DNA of 64,000 nucleotides from Perkinsus olseni (Eukaryota): NCBI GenBank assembly GCA_013115125.1, contig JABANN010000084.1, positions 1 to 64,000 of the forward strand, read 5' to 3'. Shown piece by piece: positions 49,299 to 61,517 of this stretch (position 1 is its first letter; each line of letters starts with the position of its first letter). The notes under the pieces were generated by a model. It saw only the letters and a program-made list of their open reading frames with translations, ran no database searches and was not told where the DNA came from. The position numbers and the translations under genes were made by a program.

Positions 49299-49759
49299 GT
49301 ATTTTATGACACGTTTGATGTGAGACGCTCCGTCAGTTAGACTGCTTGGCGGTTAGTACTTGTTATGCGTCGTTTCTGAGACCAATGAGCAGCCGATTTC
49401 TGAAAGTTTGGGGTCTAGTGGGCCGGGGAGTCGTTGTTATTGGCTTTCGTTCGAGAGCCTTTTCGTGGTGAGAGCCGTTGATTGCAGTGATCGATGAGGC
49501 AATGGGGAGGGGTTGGAGAGATCTTCAAATCGTAGCTAAGGAGAGCGCTCGGGAGGTTAGATAGGAAAAGATAGACTTGTGAGGTACTTCGTGGTGGGAC
49601 ATCATTTTCCTGGCACACGGAAATGATCTCTCCCCGGTCTCCTGGGGTTGTTCCCGACGCATGGACGATCGGAAAGGTGTACTTTGAGCAATGGCGATAC
49701 TGCCGTAGCACATTCAAGGTCGGGCAAGGATAAGCTAACTCTTAGTATAATTTGAAAAA

Positions 49760-51808
49760 ATGTCCACTGGTCCTGATTCGAGTGGTCCGGCTGCTGTAGA
49801 TGACTCGGTGGCATCTTTTATGGGCCTCACTGGATGCCCGACAGCGGCAGAGGCAAAACAGTATATTGAGATGGCTGGAGGGAATTTGGACCGGGCTGCC
49901 TCCCTGTATTTTGATGTTGGAGTAGGAGGGGCGGCCGTACCGGAGGAAAGTAGTGAAGTCTATTAAAATTAATCACTCAAGTCGTTCTGCCGTGGTACGT
50001 CAGATGTTCGAGCGGCCATCCCAGCATTTCGTGACACTCTCCTGGCGTCGCCTGCAGAATCACAGCCGGGTAGCAGAGGCTCTCAGAACAGAAATATTAG
50101 GTGGGCGAGGCCTTGTTGTGATTGGTATCTGACATTTCTAGCTGCGTGCAGTTACATTAGAATGGGGTCTCCGAGTGGCCAGGGAGGCAGTTCTAATGAC
50201 GATGATACTCATATGAGCGATGCGGCTGCTGAAGATGAGGAGTTTTACTTCGACGATGAGGAAGAGCAAGATGAGCAAGAATCATCAGCGGCTAACCAGG
50301 GCGAGAAGGGTAGTAGGGGAGTTCGGGGAAAACAGCAACGGCCGCGTTATAGTGGGTTGGTAGAGTCCTCTGTTCAGCTTTCATGGACCTCTTCAACCTC
50401 CCCAAAGGCCTATCCTCGCCCTTGCCCTTCGCGGAAGTCATCGCGAAAGCCCGGAATGATAAACGATGGCTTATCGTGAATATTCAGGATAACCAGAATT
50501 TCGCCAGTCACAGTCTGAATAGGTAGTACCCACTAACTTCAGTCGGAGGACCAGGCTCGGGGCTGGATGACATCGCCTTCTGTGGAGCTCATAGTGGACT
50601 GTCGATCTACGAGGGGTCGCCCGATGGACGCTACATCCAAGCCGACGAGCGGTCTGGACGTTTGACCCGTGACTAGCGCTGGAATGGGTGCCGTTGGCGG
50701 CTGCGATGGTTCGGAGTTGATACAAAACGTATGATTTGGTCAATATGCACTGATGGCGTCGGAAGAGCTACTCGTAGTATACTGAATATAATCTTTGCCT
50801 TGGTGGTTGACGAGACGTGATGCAGAATCTGCCTGCCCAGCGAGCTCGATGGCTGTCCAAATACCGCATGGTCTCGGCGCCGTTGCAGCCCCCCTCCCGC
50901 TGTTGACTCAGGGACATATGGAAGCAGTCGATGGTGCAGGACTTGCTCAAGACCGGCTTCATACTCTGGCAAAGGTCTAAGGAGGAGCCTGAGGCGGTGC
51001 AGTACCTTAATTACTATTGCAAGGATGATCAGGTAGTAGTATGCCACTTCGCGCGCCACGAAATTCCAATGGTGCGGGATTCAGGCATCGCTGCCGTTAA
51101 TACATGTTTTGGACCCGCGGACGGGGCGCAAGTGCGAACAGTGGGATGTTGCGAAATTCTCCAAAGACGTAATTTCTCTCCCCCCGATTGATCTGTTCGA
51201 ACCTCCCTCTCAGCCCGTCGAAGCTTTGCAGAAGATGACTGATTTCACAGACCGGTACGACTTTGATAAACCGCCGCCGAGCAGGAGGCACCATCGTCAT
51301 TCTGGAGTAAACAGGCTGAAGAACGGAGGGCGTCTTGTTATATCCTTGTTAGGCCGCGTCTTCCCAGCCGTCTTCATCGAGCCCGTCATCACCACCGAGC
51401 TCTGACGCCCCTCTGGATGGTGGCCTCCCGGCAGCCCCCGCAGTTGAGGTCCCACCCATGCCTAGTTTACCAGCAGAAGGAGACAAGGATGTAGTTAAGA
51501 TAGGGATCAGGATGAGTAATGGCGAGAGGAAGAAGGCCGTGCTAGGGAAGGAACAGTCGCTGGAGGTGCTAATGGGTGCAAGGTGAAGCCGTTTGACGGA
51601 GGCTAGTATCGATTCTGTCCAGAATCTTTATCGAACGGAAAGACTCATTTCAACCATCGACATGCTCATTTCATGGTTTCTGCTTGAGATGGCGCGATGT
51701 CGGCGTCGGCCAGGGCTATCGCCGGAGCGCCGTCCCTCTAGCGGATTCTTCTCGAGCACCGTTATACTCGAATTAGAAAATCGAGGCCGCCTTTACACGT
51801 ACTGTTAA
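49760..51808 (+). CDS. UBA-UAS-UBX p97/Cdc48 adaptor (UBXN7-like), multi-exon
   Basis: SFMGLTGC..AKQYIEMAGGNLDRAASLYFD (UBA-like); AKARNDKRWLIVNIQDNQNFASHSLNRDIW..LDPRTG (UAS); VKIGIRMSNGER (UBX start). Confidence 0.85.
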
Positions 51809-52484
51809 CAAAAGCGTCCTGCGTTGTTCCGACGAGAGAGGCCGCACGTGGTGCAAATCGTTCAACGCCCTTAATGAAGCGCATGCCTCAGTCACGAGCA
51901 TCCTAGCTGTGTTTTTTTTTCCTGGGAATGGGTCGGTAGCAGTCCACCAGCTCGGCGGTTATGGCACAAAATGACTTCAAATTGCGGCCGGAGTGAGCTT
52001 CTAGATCGCCGTGCAATAATGAGAATTCTAGCTTCTACTCGTCTCGAACTCGTCTCGTAGCCGATAGTGATGGATCTGTCGGCTAGAGTCTTATTTGTCT
52101 TGCTATCTCCTGCCTGTCTCTGCTCAGGACCTCCTCGCTTTGGTAGCTAACTGGGAAGGCGTTAGCCTCTCGGCCTTCGATCTGAAGGAGTTGATGCCAC
52201 CTCCAGGTCGTAGTGTAAAGGAAATGCTGAAGAGAGAGAACGCGACTGTTGGCAACTCGGGCGTCAACGGGTGCATGCTCACAGTGGTTTCGACTGAATC
52301 TAAAAAAGCTGATGATTGAATCCTCGAGGACGATGCCCTCCGTCGTTTCTGCTTGCTGCGTGGTAATTACTATTCTAAGCTACGTACAGGTGGTCAGTGT
52401 TTGAGATGGAGATGGGTGTTGGAAAGAATGGCGTCAAGATCGCTTCGACGGTGATGAATTATCAACAGTTTTATCACCTTTACT

Positions 52485-55173
52485 ATGACAGAGACTGTAC
52501 GAGAAGGTTCTCAAGGGCCACCAGAGGACCAGACAGCAGAGGGTGATGTTCACGTGAACGATATCCGTATTGAAGAGGCTCATCCTAGTGACACGTCCCC
52601 GAACCGTCGGCGCTCAGCTTCAGAAAGGCGGCCGCGGACGAGCACCCTTGCTGGTGAGAGGAGCGGACGGTCGCACTCGACCGGGGCTCATCCTGTTGGT
52701 CGGGAGAACTCCTTGCCACAGAGCAAGATGCTCATGGTAGCGGTGTGTGATGGGAAGTGGTTGAAGTAGTAGTGGTGAGCAGGTGCACATGAGTGACTCT
52801 CGGTTGTCGGCCAACTTGAGTGCAGTCGATCCCGCATCAGCGGCAGCAGCGGCGTCCACTGGGGAGCCCATGCTTGGGTCGGTCGAATTAGCGGACAAGA
52901 CCAGTGGGTCAGGCTCGCCGGCCGAACGTGATAGGGACAGCTCTGTGGACATGTCACCGGGCATCCACCGTGGTCAGCCTGGTGCGGCACGGTCTACTGC
53001 CGAGTTATCGTTCTTGGTCCAGAAAGGTAGTCAGAGATGGGGTTAAGAGGATTTCCTCAGAGCTCTGGTGGTCAGGCATCCGAGGGGTACTGTCGCCAGG
53101 AGCCAGTGCCGTCAAGCGTCAAGGAGGCACTGTTACGAAGCAATATAGGGCCTCGGTAGGAAGGAGCCGTGGCATGCATGGTCGTATCGTTTAGCTGACC
53201 ATAGTCGTTCAGGTTGCTACACTCGGTGCCAAAAGTCAGACGCGGTTCGAGTCCAAGGCCATCATACCTACATTTGATTTCAGCACGTACAAGGGAAGGA
53301 CCTTCGCTAAGCTGCGCCGGTGAGTTCCCGTCAGTCGCCTCCGTCCATCAACTCATCTCTCCTTGTTAGAGTGTTCGGTGTGACTGATGCGGAGCTGGTG
53401 TCCTCACTCTGTGACTATCCTCTTCGGACCCAATCGGGTACAGGAGACGCTGGGAAGTCCGGCAGCATCTTCTGGTTTACTAGTGACTCCAAGTACGACC
53501 GGCCTTATTTTTTTGTGGTTGTCGTCCACCGGTGGTGAGCAGGTATTTACTAAAGTCGATATCACGAAAAGAGTCCATATTGCTGCAGAACATAGTGGGC
53601 GATTATCTTAAACACTTCATCAAGTTAGCCGCGGCGGAGCGATGAAGTTTTCTCGGTATTTTGTTTCTCAGGAATTCCAACTCTATTTTATGTCGGTTTT
53701 TCGCTCTGTTTAAAATCAAACTTCAAGGTTTCAAGCGAAGTGAGTCGTGCTGCTTCGCTCCGCTAAGAAATAGGGTTTGTTTCACCACTTTTGATGTCAG
53801 GCACCAGGTTTGTAGTAATGAATAATATCTTTGGCGGGCTGTCGTGCCAGCGGAAGTATGATCTCAAGGGGACCACCGAGGACAGGTCGGTCGAGTTGGT
53901 GATCGAACCCGTCTATGCAGAGCACACTTCAGATACGTAGCACAGAATTCTGGCCTGCAGACGTCTCACGGGACGGGCAAGGGAGAGCATGCCGGTGGAG
54001 CTGATGGTGGCCAAGACACCCCACGGTCTCCGAAGGTCCTCAAGGACCTCAACTTCTCTGGTCAGACTGTCATGTTACCCGAGGTAACTTAGTCCTTCGG
54101 GTGCTGCTGCCCCCTCGATGGCATGAACAGGTCCTCTGTGCGGCTATCAAGTCGGCTATTGTTTATGACACCGAGTTCCTCATGAAACATAGAATTATGG
54201 ACTACTCGCTCATCCTTGGCATCCACGAAACGACGGGTAGGCAGACCTTCGTGAGGATCTTACGGTGCGGGGGTCATCACTCGTGTGACAGATGTCGCGG
54301 CTGTGAAGGCACTGGTGGACGCCGATCAAGTTGCCGCAGCCATTGTGGTGAGCGCCAGGTCGAGGCCTTTGAAGCGTTGGTCGATCGTGGTCGATTGTTA
54401 GGTGTCCTCTGCTCCGGCCACCCCTACTGCAGTGGCACCCCGTAGTCGCTTGTTTGAGTTGTATCAAGGAGGCGTGCCTGGCTGGGATGATGAGCGAGGT
54501 AAATTCTGCCTCTCACATTTCTTGGCCGATCACTGCCCAAAGATCCTTCCGCAATTCTTTCTGACGATCTAGAACTCCTCCTGCTTTGCATACGGATTCG
54601 ACATGATACTAGCACTCGTGTGGTACCATATTCAAGTCGCTGTGGGAGACATTTTTTTGGATGATCAGAAGCGAAAATCCTCTGCTGTTAGACCACCTGA
54701 GCCTTCCGCTGTGTCAGGTGTATGCATGGTGTACTACGTCGGTATAATTGATATCTTGCAACAGTACACTTTCAAGAAGCGAGCCGCTAGAGTGATGAAA
54801 AAATACACTATTGGGTGGGTGCCTCCTCCTCCTCCTCCTCACCCCTGCGGCGCTCCCATCCGGCTGTAGTTCGGTGAATCGGTGTTTCCTCGTCAGATGC
54901 TTCCATGAGATTGATACGGAGCCACCGGAATACTACCGGAACCGTTTTGTGAAATATCTCGACGAAAAGTTCGTTCCACTTTCGGATGCCGAGCTGTCAA
55001 AGAAACACGCGGAAGTCCCAGAAGTTCAGAGTTTTCTGATGGACCAGGCCGACCGGAAGAACGGGAAACGAGAAGTTTCTGCAAAACGAGTGAAGAGTGT
55101 CCTTCAACAGCAAGAAGCACAATCTGCTGCTGCAGCTGTGCGCGTGAATGACGATGACCATCGGGCAAACTAA
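52485..55173 (+). CDS. Phosphatidylinositol phosphate kinase (PIP5K family), multi-exon
   Basis: GKSGSIFWFTSDSKYLLKSI, FVVMNNIF..KYDLKGT, VLKDLNF, DTEFLMKHRIMDYSLILGIH, YYVGIIDILQQY and PEYYRNRF. Confidence 0.93.
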
Positions 55174-57522
55174 CGCTGTTACTCAGCTAGTTTTCCATTT
55201 CTGTACCATTTTGTGTGATGACGTGCACTACAGATCTTCGGCGTTTGGCCGCTGCGCGTACCATTTTGTGTGAGGTGCCTTGGGCACTCCGCTGCCATCA
55301 TCGTCGTCGTTGCGCAGGATGTCTCTTGTGCATAGATTGTGTTCAGTAGTTGCCGTCTGACGGAGTGATATTTATCATTGTTATGCCCTTTGCCTCGTTT
55401 GAGTGAGTCAATACGGTCTATGCACCAACCGTGAGGAGTTGAGGGCACTAACGCGAGATGAGGATTTCACAGCACACGGTGCGGCCTCTAATTGGTAAAG
55501 CATGCAGACAGGGGCTATTCAGCATTCTCCTCGGGCGCCGCTTGACTTTCTTCGGGCGGACCCGGGGTGTCCTCCGTTTTTTCTTCTGGTACCTCGGCTG
55601 ATTCTCCTTCCGGTGATTCGATCGCGCAAGCCACGGCGTGTCGCAGTTGATCCGTTGGCCCTGAGAGACGGTTCAATAATCATCAAACGATTAACATGAC
55701 CTACTTGCTGTGTACGCAACTACGAAGGCAAGCATGATGACACTACCGTCAAAAGCATCCGGACCAGGGGAGGTGTCTAGGTCTGATCTCAAGGGTTTCA
55801 ATTCGCACAGCGAAGAGAGCGTCGTGTACCTATTCTGAAGTCGTCCGTTGAAGACCCTTCTTGGAATTCTGTGCAAGTGAGCGTGAAGTGACGATGTGAA
55901 ACCCTGTAAGCCTTTTTAGTGGCGTCACTGGCATCTGTCACTTCTGAAATGAGCGCGCGAGTGCTCAGCGGAAGCAATCCGCGACGCCGTTCTACGCAGA
56001 GTGTCATGTTTCTGATCTTTGCCGCACTTGACCTTGACACTAAGCTGACTTGCGTTGATGGAGTCTTTTCCCTTGCCGTTACACTTCACTTCAACCTACA
56101 CCCACACTCCAGTGGCGGGCAGAGTTGGTGAGCCTACCTTCGCAGTGGTCGAGCCTGCCTTGTTCATAACGCGAGCCTTCACTTGCGCTGCCCAGCCACT
56201 TTCTGACACTTTCACTTCGGGCGAAGCGATTTCCACGGTTCCCAGAATTTCTCGAGTGCCGCCAGAGTGATCGAGGAAGCCTTCCCTGCATGAAGACTAT
56301 GGTAACCGAGTCATCATCATCAGCCTACAGTGTGAATGTTTTGTCGTCAGCGGCCGCATTTTGGTCGGTTTTCGACCGAGACCGCTGCGTCGACGACTGT
56401 TTCACGAATTCAAGCCACTCGATGTCATCTGTTGTATATGTCTTGTAGTTCGACGAGTAACTGAGGAGAGCACCTGGGCTTGCAGTTGGTCCCGGGTTCG
56501 ATCCCACGGCCCGGCTCGCTGTATGTGGCACTTGACGGGCTTCTTGGAGTCGGGTAGGGCAGTCCCGTCGCCAGTTAGCTTGCGGGGAGCAGATTCACAG
56601 CACTGAGCGTTGCCCATAAAACACACTAACACGGACTGTCTGCTACATTCACCGGAGGGAACTGCGCTCAGTCTCGAAGCATTTCGATTAGAATGGCGGG
56701 CGCGATTTGCTTTGGCTCCTTGAGGACTAGCGAAACCTCCGACCTCATCGTTCATCATGCCCAAGGACCCTGTATTGGACTTGTAATCGCGGAATCGCTG
56801 CGCCGCACTTTCACTCGGCCATCATCACTGTGTCTTCTTCAACTTCAACTCCGCAACTCCGCAGGGGACATTCTTTGTGTTGCGGGCTAGCCTACTGCGC
56901 ATCAAGATGCATTGTGATACGCTAGCGTTGCCCTGTTCTGGATGAGAGAGGGCGGGGACCTCGGGGGTTGCCTTAGAATCCGCGTAGAGTCGTTGTTGGA
57001 AGAATAGCTATTCTACTGCGAGGAAGCCTGTCGACTTTTCAAGTTGTTGAGGTACTTTAGTGAAGAAAAAGGGGGACTTCCAGCAAGACTAGAGCATGCT
57101 AATAGGAGAGAGGACCCTGCCTTGTTCCTGGACTAGCTTAGTTTCGATCAGCATTTTGTGGGGTGTTCTGAGTGGCTAATTTGGGTAAGGGATGGTATGC
57201 GGTTTATATAGTGATTTTAACACCAATTCTTCACGATATGTTAGTAACCCTAGCAGAACAGCGGAATGACACGATTCCCGTTGGTGGCGGTTCATTAAAG
57301 GTGGACGCTGCTCATTACGTGACATCTCGAAATGGCGGAAGAAAAATGCTGCGCCGTGGCCATGTGGATTATCATGGTGGTAGTGCAGGTGTAGATAGCC
57401 GCTTGGCAGCCCGGTGGCTGCTGCCGACCTCTCACAACAGTTGTGGCCTTGGGAACTCTCAACGACATCTCCGGTTGAGTTCGCGAGACAGCGAGGAGGT
57501 AAATACTGTAAATGGGACGTAT

Positions 57523-59198
57523 ATGTCCGCAGTGCCCTATGAAGCCCATTGGCCTGCTGCTGGCGTCTGCTGGCAGCTACCGGCACTCTCGCAACATGAT
57601 GGGCAGCAGGTGGTCTGGGGTCCTCCCTTGGCAACGTCGACGACGACGACAGGCAGTCTGTTGTGGCAGTACCTTCAACCAGCGCTATTACCTTGGCCGT
57701 ATATGGTCTTGGACCCCCACAACCATCATGCACTGATCTACCCTTGTGCTAGCCATTACCACCATCATCATCAGCCTTCTTATGGGGCCGTGCACAGCAG
57801 TGGAAGCGGCCCTTTTGTTTCCAGCGGTATCGCTTATAACGGCCGTGTGCCACGCTGTGCTACTACTATTGTTCCTTCATTAAGTGATGATGAATACGAG
57901 GAGAAGACGGATGCCTGCTCCTATGGCCACATGTACACTCCTGACAATGGTAAGAAGCTTCGGCCACGATTCGGGCGAACATCATAGCGCTTTATTATTC
58001 AGGTCCCGACGACGGATGCAACAGTGTTGCTCTAGAGGCGCCCGTGGATGATGAAGACAACATCTTCGTAAGTACTGTTGTTGTGAGTGGGAGGCCTCTA
58101 TTCTCGGATGGTCAGCTCCGAGGCCTCATGACAATTCTGGCAAGTATGATGGAGATAGGTGATGAGATGGAGAGGCAGAGATTACTTGATCATCGTCCTG
58201 TCAGCCATGCGGAGTTCACAGGAACCTATACACCTTGTAAGTGGGCGCGGGCTGGTGGCGAGCGTCCGCTTGGGAGGAATGTAGGTTATCATGTGTTTCC
58301 TGAGTCGGTCGTGCTGTTGGCTATCGAATGGCTACGCTCATGTCAGGCATATCAGTGTGGAATTACCTGCAGCGACTATCCAAATTCTTCCACTGCTCAT
58401 CGGAATGTTTCGTATTAGCATTAGTCTACCTGGACCGGGCTGTGAAGGCCACAGCCGCCACGACGGTTCCCTTATACGTCACCAGTTACAACGTTCACAG
58501 GTAAGCCGCCCTGTTATTATATATCAGTTCAAACGGCGTGTCTTTTTCAGACTATTCTTGACTTCTCTCGTACTTGCTGTCAAGTTCAACGATGATTTCT
58601 ACTATTCGAATAGAAGATACGCAGAGGTCGGATGTTTGACTTCGACGGCGGAGCTGAATGGCTTAGAGGCCATCATGCTCAAGCTTGTTGGTGAGTTGTC
58701 TTATTCAATGCTGTTCAATCTCGTAATCTAGACCCGGGATAATACTCGACTATTCGCGAATCGCGGATCGCGAACTACCAGGCGCTCGGCTTGATATTTT
58801 TCGTTTTTTTCGGTTGTGAATGTTCGACGCCAGTTGGCGTTGAAAGTACATTGAGGAAGCTCTGAGCGTGTTATTTTGTCTCAGTCTTCTCGCTCTACGT
58901 TGGATTGTTATTCGTCTCAGTCTTCTCGCTCTACGTTGGATTGTTATTCGTCTCAGACTTCTCGCTCTATGTTGGATCAGAAGAGTATGTATGCTACTGG
59001 AAGCTCATCTTCAGTGTGAGCCCGGCAGCAGCGGCGGCGCCACCACTGTCAGCTCCTTTACCAAAATCATCGTTACACGGTATCGAGGACGATGAAATCC
59101 GTTTGAGTCGAAGCTGCAGTGAATCTACCGCTACTTCATGGACTCTTGATGACGCTGATGATTCTGTTATGACGAAGTCAGATGACCAAAGACACTAA
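57523..59198 (+). CDS. PHO80/U-type (CYC2-like) cyclin, copy A; start uncertain
   Basis: CSSECFVLALVYLDR..VTSYNVHRLFLTSLVLAVKFNDDFYYSNRRYAEVG..ELNGLEAIMLKLVDFSLYV. Confidence 0.88.
58869..58977 (+). repeat. 36 bp tandem repeat x3 spanning an intron/exon junction
   Basis: Unit tgttattcgtctcagtcttctcgctctacgttggat; CAG acceptors end at 58884, 58920 and 58956. Confidence 0.95.
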
Positions 59199-61517
59199 AA
59201 ATGGCCCTGTACTTGGGCCGCAATGAATAGCTTAGCTCGAACACTGCTGGTTAACCATTATCTTCCGAGTGACGATGCACTCTAGGCTGTACCTCAGTTC
59301 TTATCGGCGCTCTAATGCGCTGATGATTTTGTCTTTGGGCGTTGGAAGTGTCCATGTAACTGTTGCTGTAATCTTATTACGTGAAGTTTGTCGTCGTCGT
59401 TCTTCGGTAGTACTATATTGTCGCTGTCTTTGTCAACTACAACAACAACATCATCATCATCATCATCATCCAGACCAGTAGCAGGCGTATCTGTATCTTT
59501 GTATCAATACTACAATTTATTTAACTACTAAGACGCTGATCGAATGATAATTGCGAATAGCTAGATTACTGCGCAAAGTGTGGGGAGTGATCCCCTATCT
59601 CACTCATCAGTGTTTCTCAATCATCCATGCGGTGGTGGTCACGCTTGTCTGTATTACTTCTTATATTCTGCATCCCTAGAGGGATGTTTGATGAGATAAC
59701 GCCATGATCATCACCACCACGACGACGATAGTGATAGTGCTTCGTAGCGAGCATGCTTACTACAGGTCTTCTGCGTCGACCATAGCGTTGGTAGAAGGCC
59801 TTGTTATCAACAGGAGAGGCCACTGGCCCTTCTGTGACGAGTAGAATATTTAATAGGCGTTTAATAATGGTATCATATGATGATTGATGATAGCTGTCAC
59901 ATTTCGATACATGTTATTATTTCAGAATCAATGCAATGCTTTTCGAACTCTTTTCATTTTCCCGTAACACTTGTTGTTGATCCCGGTTCGGAAACTAATT
60001 CCCTACCGGGTAAACTCCACGAACTTCGTCTCCCCTTTGGTCTCGAGCTTCTCATAGTAGTAGACGGTCCTCCGTTGTGTTCGGCAACTTCAGCAGCAGT
60101 TGCGCCATATCAGATGCACGGCTACCCTTTTCCATGTATTTCGATATTATTCGACCGTGTTATCATGATGGCGTGCTGCTGCATTGCCTGATCACAACTT
60201 CACCTCAGGCGATGAGCAGTAGCAGAAGAGCCTAGAAGCCCTCTGTTGGCTGCTCACCACCTTTTCTCCTCTGTTATGCTTGCGTATCTATTATCATAGT
60301 CAAAAGAGTCTATGCTGTTTGTTTTCTCTATTTTGCGTTTTGGTAGTCTATCCTGTCGTCTGCGTTAAGCAGGCAATTTTATTTATACTGTCGACAAAGG
60401 CCTCCTAGTTATACGTAGGATGGCCGATACTCCAGTTTCACTTCTGTCTGAGGTTAACCACTATCTGTATCGACGGTCTTACTACCTACCACAACTCTCT
60501 TCTGGGCCTCCAGTAGCAGCCCATGCGCTGGTAGTAACCTGTCATGGCAGCTTCCTGAGATGTCCCGTATCTACTCCAACTCGCCATGCTTCGCTCGGTA
60601 GTATCAGCGGACCAAAGTGGCCTTCCTTCTTAGTTCCATGGGGCGTGCTGCTGTGTACTACGATGCTTCAATTGTGCTACTGCTGTTACTGAGGTCATCT
60701 CATCTTTTGGGGTGGAGTATATGCCTTTGAAGAGTATTGAAAAACAGTCTCTTGTTCTACTGGATGGTGATTCTGTCACGCATTGCAGCACTGTACTTCT
60801 GCTCATACCTGCCAGCTCTTGCGTGAGGCCCTCAGCATCACCTGCTGTTGGGCTCTTCTGTGATTCCTCCATCCCGTATGAATGAGAGAGGTTGGCGGCG
60901 GATGGCTTGTGAACGGGTCTGATCGTGTCGGTCATGGTTGGGCCTCCCACCGGTTGTCATGAACCATTGGAGTGCTAGTAACATTAAAGAGTTTATTGTT
61001 AACCCAGCTCAGAGTAGCTGGTTCTGCTGTAGTAATGTCGTAATCAATGCTCATTCTCCCTCAGCCTCTTTGTTGAGGCCCTGGTACGGCTTTTTCGATA
61101 CTCGGTGGTGGTTGCCCACTCGCGACGGATTGCCTGTCACGGCAGAGGCTCATAGGTGATTAAGCACACACTGGATCCATAGGTGCGTATCGTCAATGAC
61201 TACTATTACTATCATCGGTATTATCGTCATTGTTGATGCAGACTTTTCAATACCTGAAGGGCTCTTGAGTTCATTAATGATTGAGGTATTCGGTTTGACC
61301 GTGGCCGCATTGTTTCCCCCCCGTTGGCCGTCTGTGCTGTGGAATATGCTCCCGGGAAGATTGGGTGAATCGGGCGAATGACGAGGGACTCATCAGTTCT
61401 CACTTTGTAGTCGGTCATGAGACCATCATTTGAAACTTGGTAAATGCAATGGTTCTGCTGTGTGGCATTGCAGGTGTTGCTCCTCCTCCTCCTTCGACTG
61501 TCGCCTGCTTTCGGAAC

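Noticed and set aside
31335-51808. Functional cluster of p97 cofactors (PUB and UBX genes in one window)
   Set aside because: They are about 16 kb apart, on opposite strands and separated by unrelated genes; no evidence beyond coincidence.
53243-53256. GGTTCGAGTCC B-box match
   Set aside because: It is in a PIP5K exon (RFESK), lacks the T-stem and T-tract, and is treated as background for the tRNA-like-intron finding.
55500-56900. Possible - strand gene between PIP5K and cyclin A
   Set aside because: Only short low-complexity ORFs; I could not build a consistent exon chain or identify a domain.
58869-58977. CRISPR-like 36 bp repeats
   Set aside because: The units are head-to-tail with no spacers, there are no cas genes, and the context is a eukaryotic intron/exon junction.
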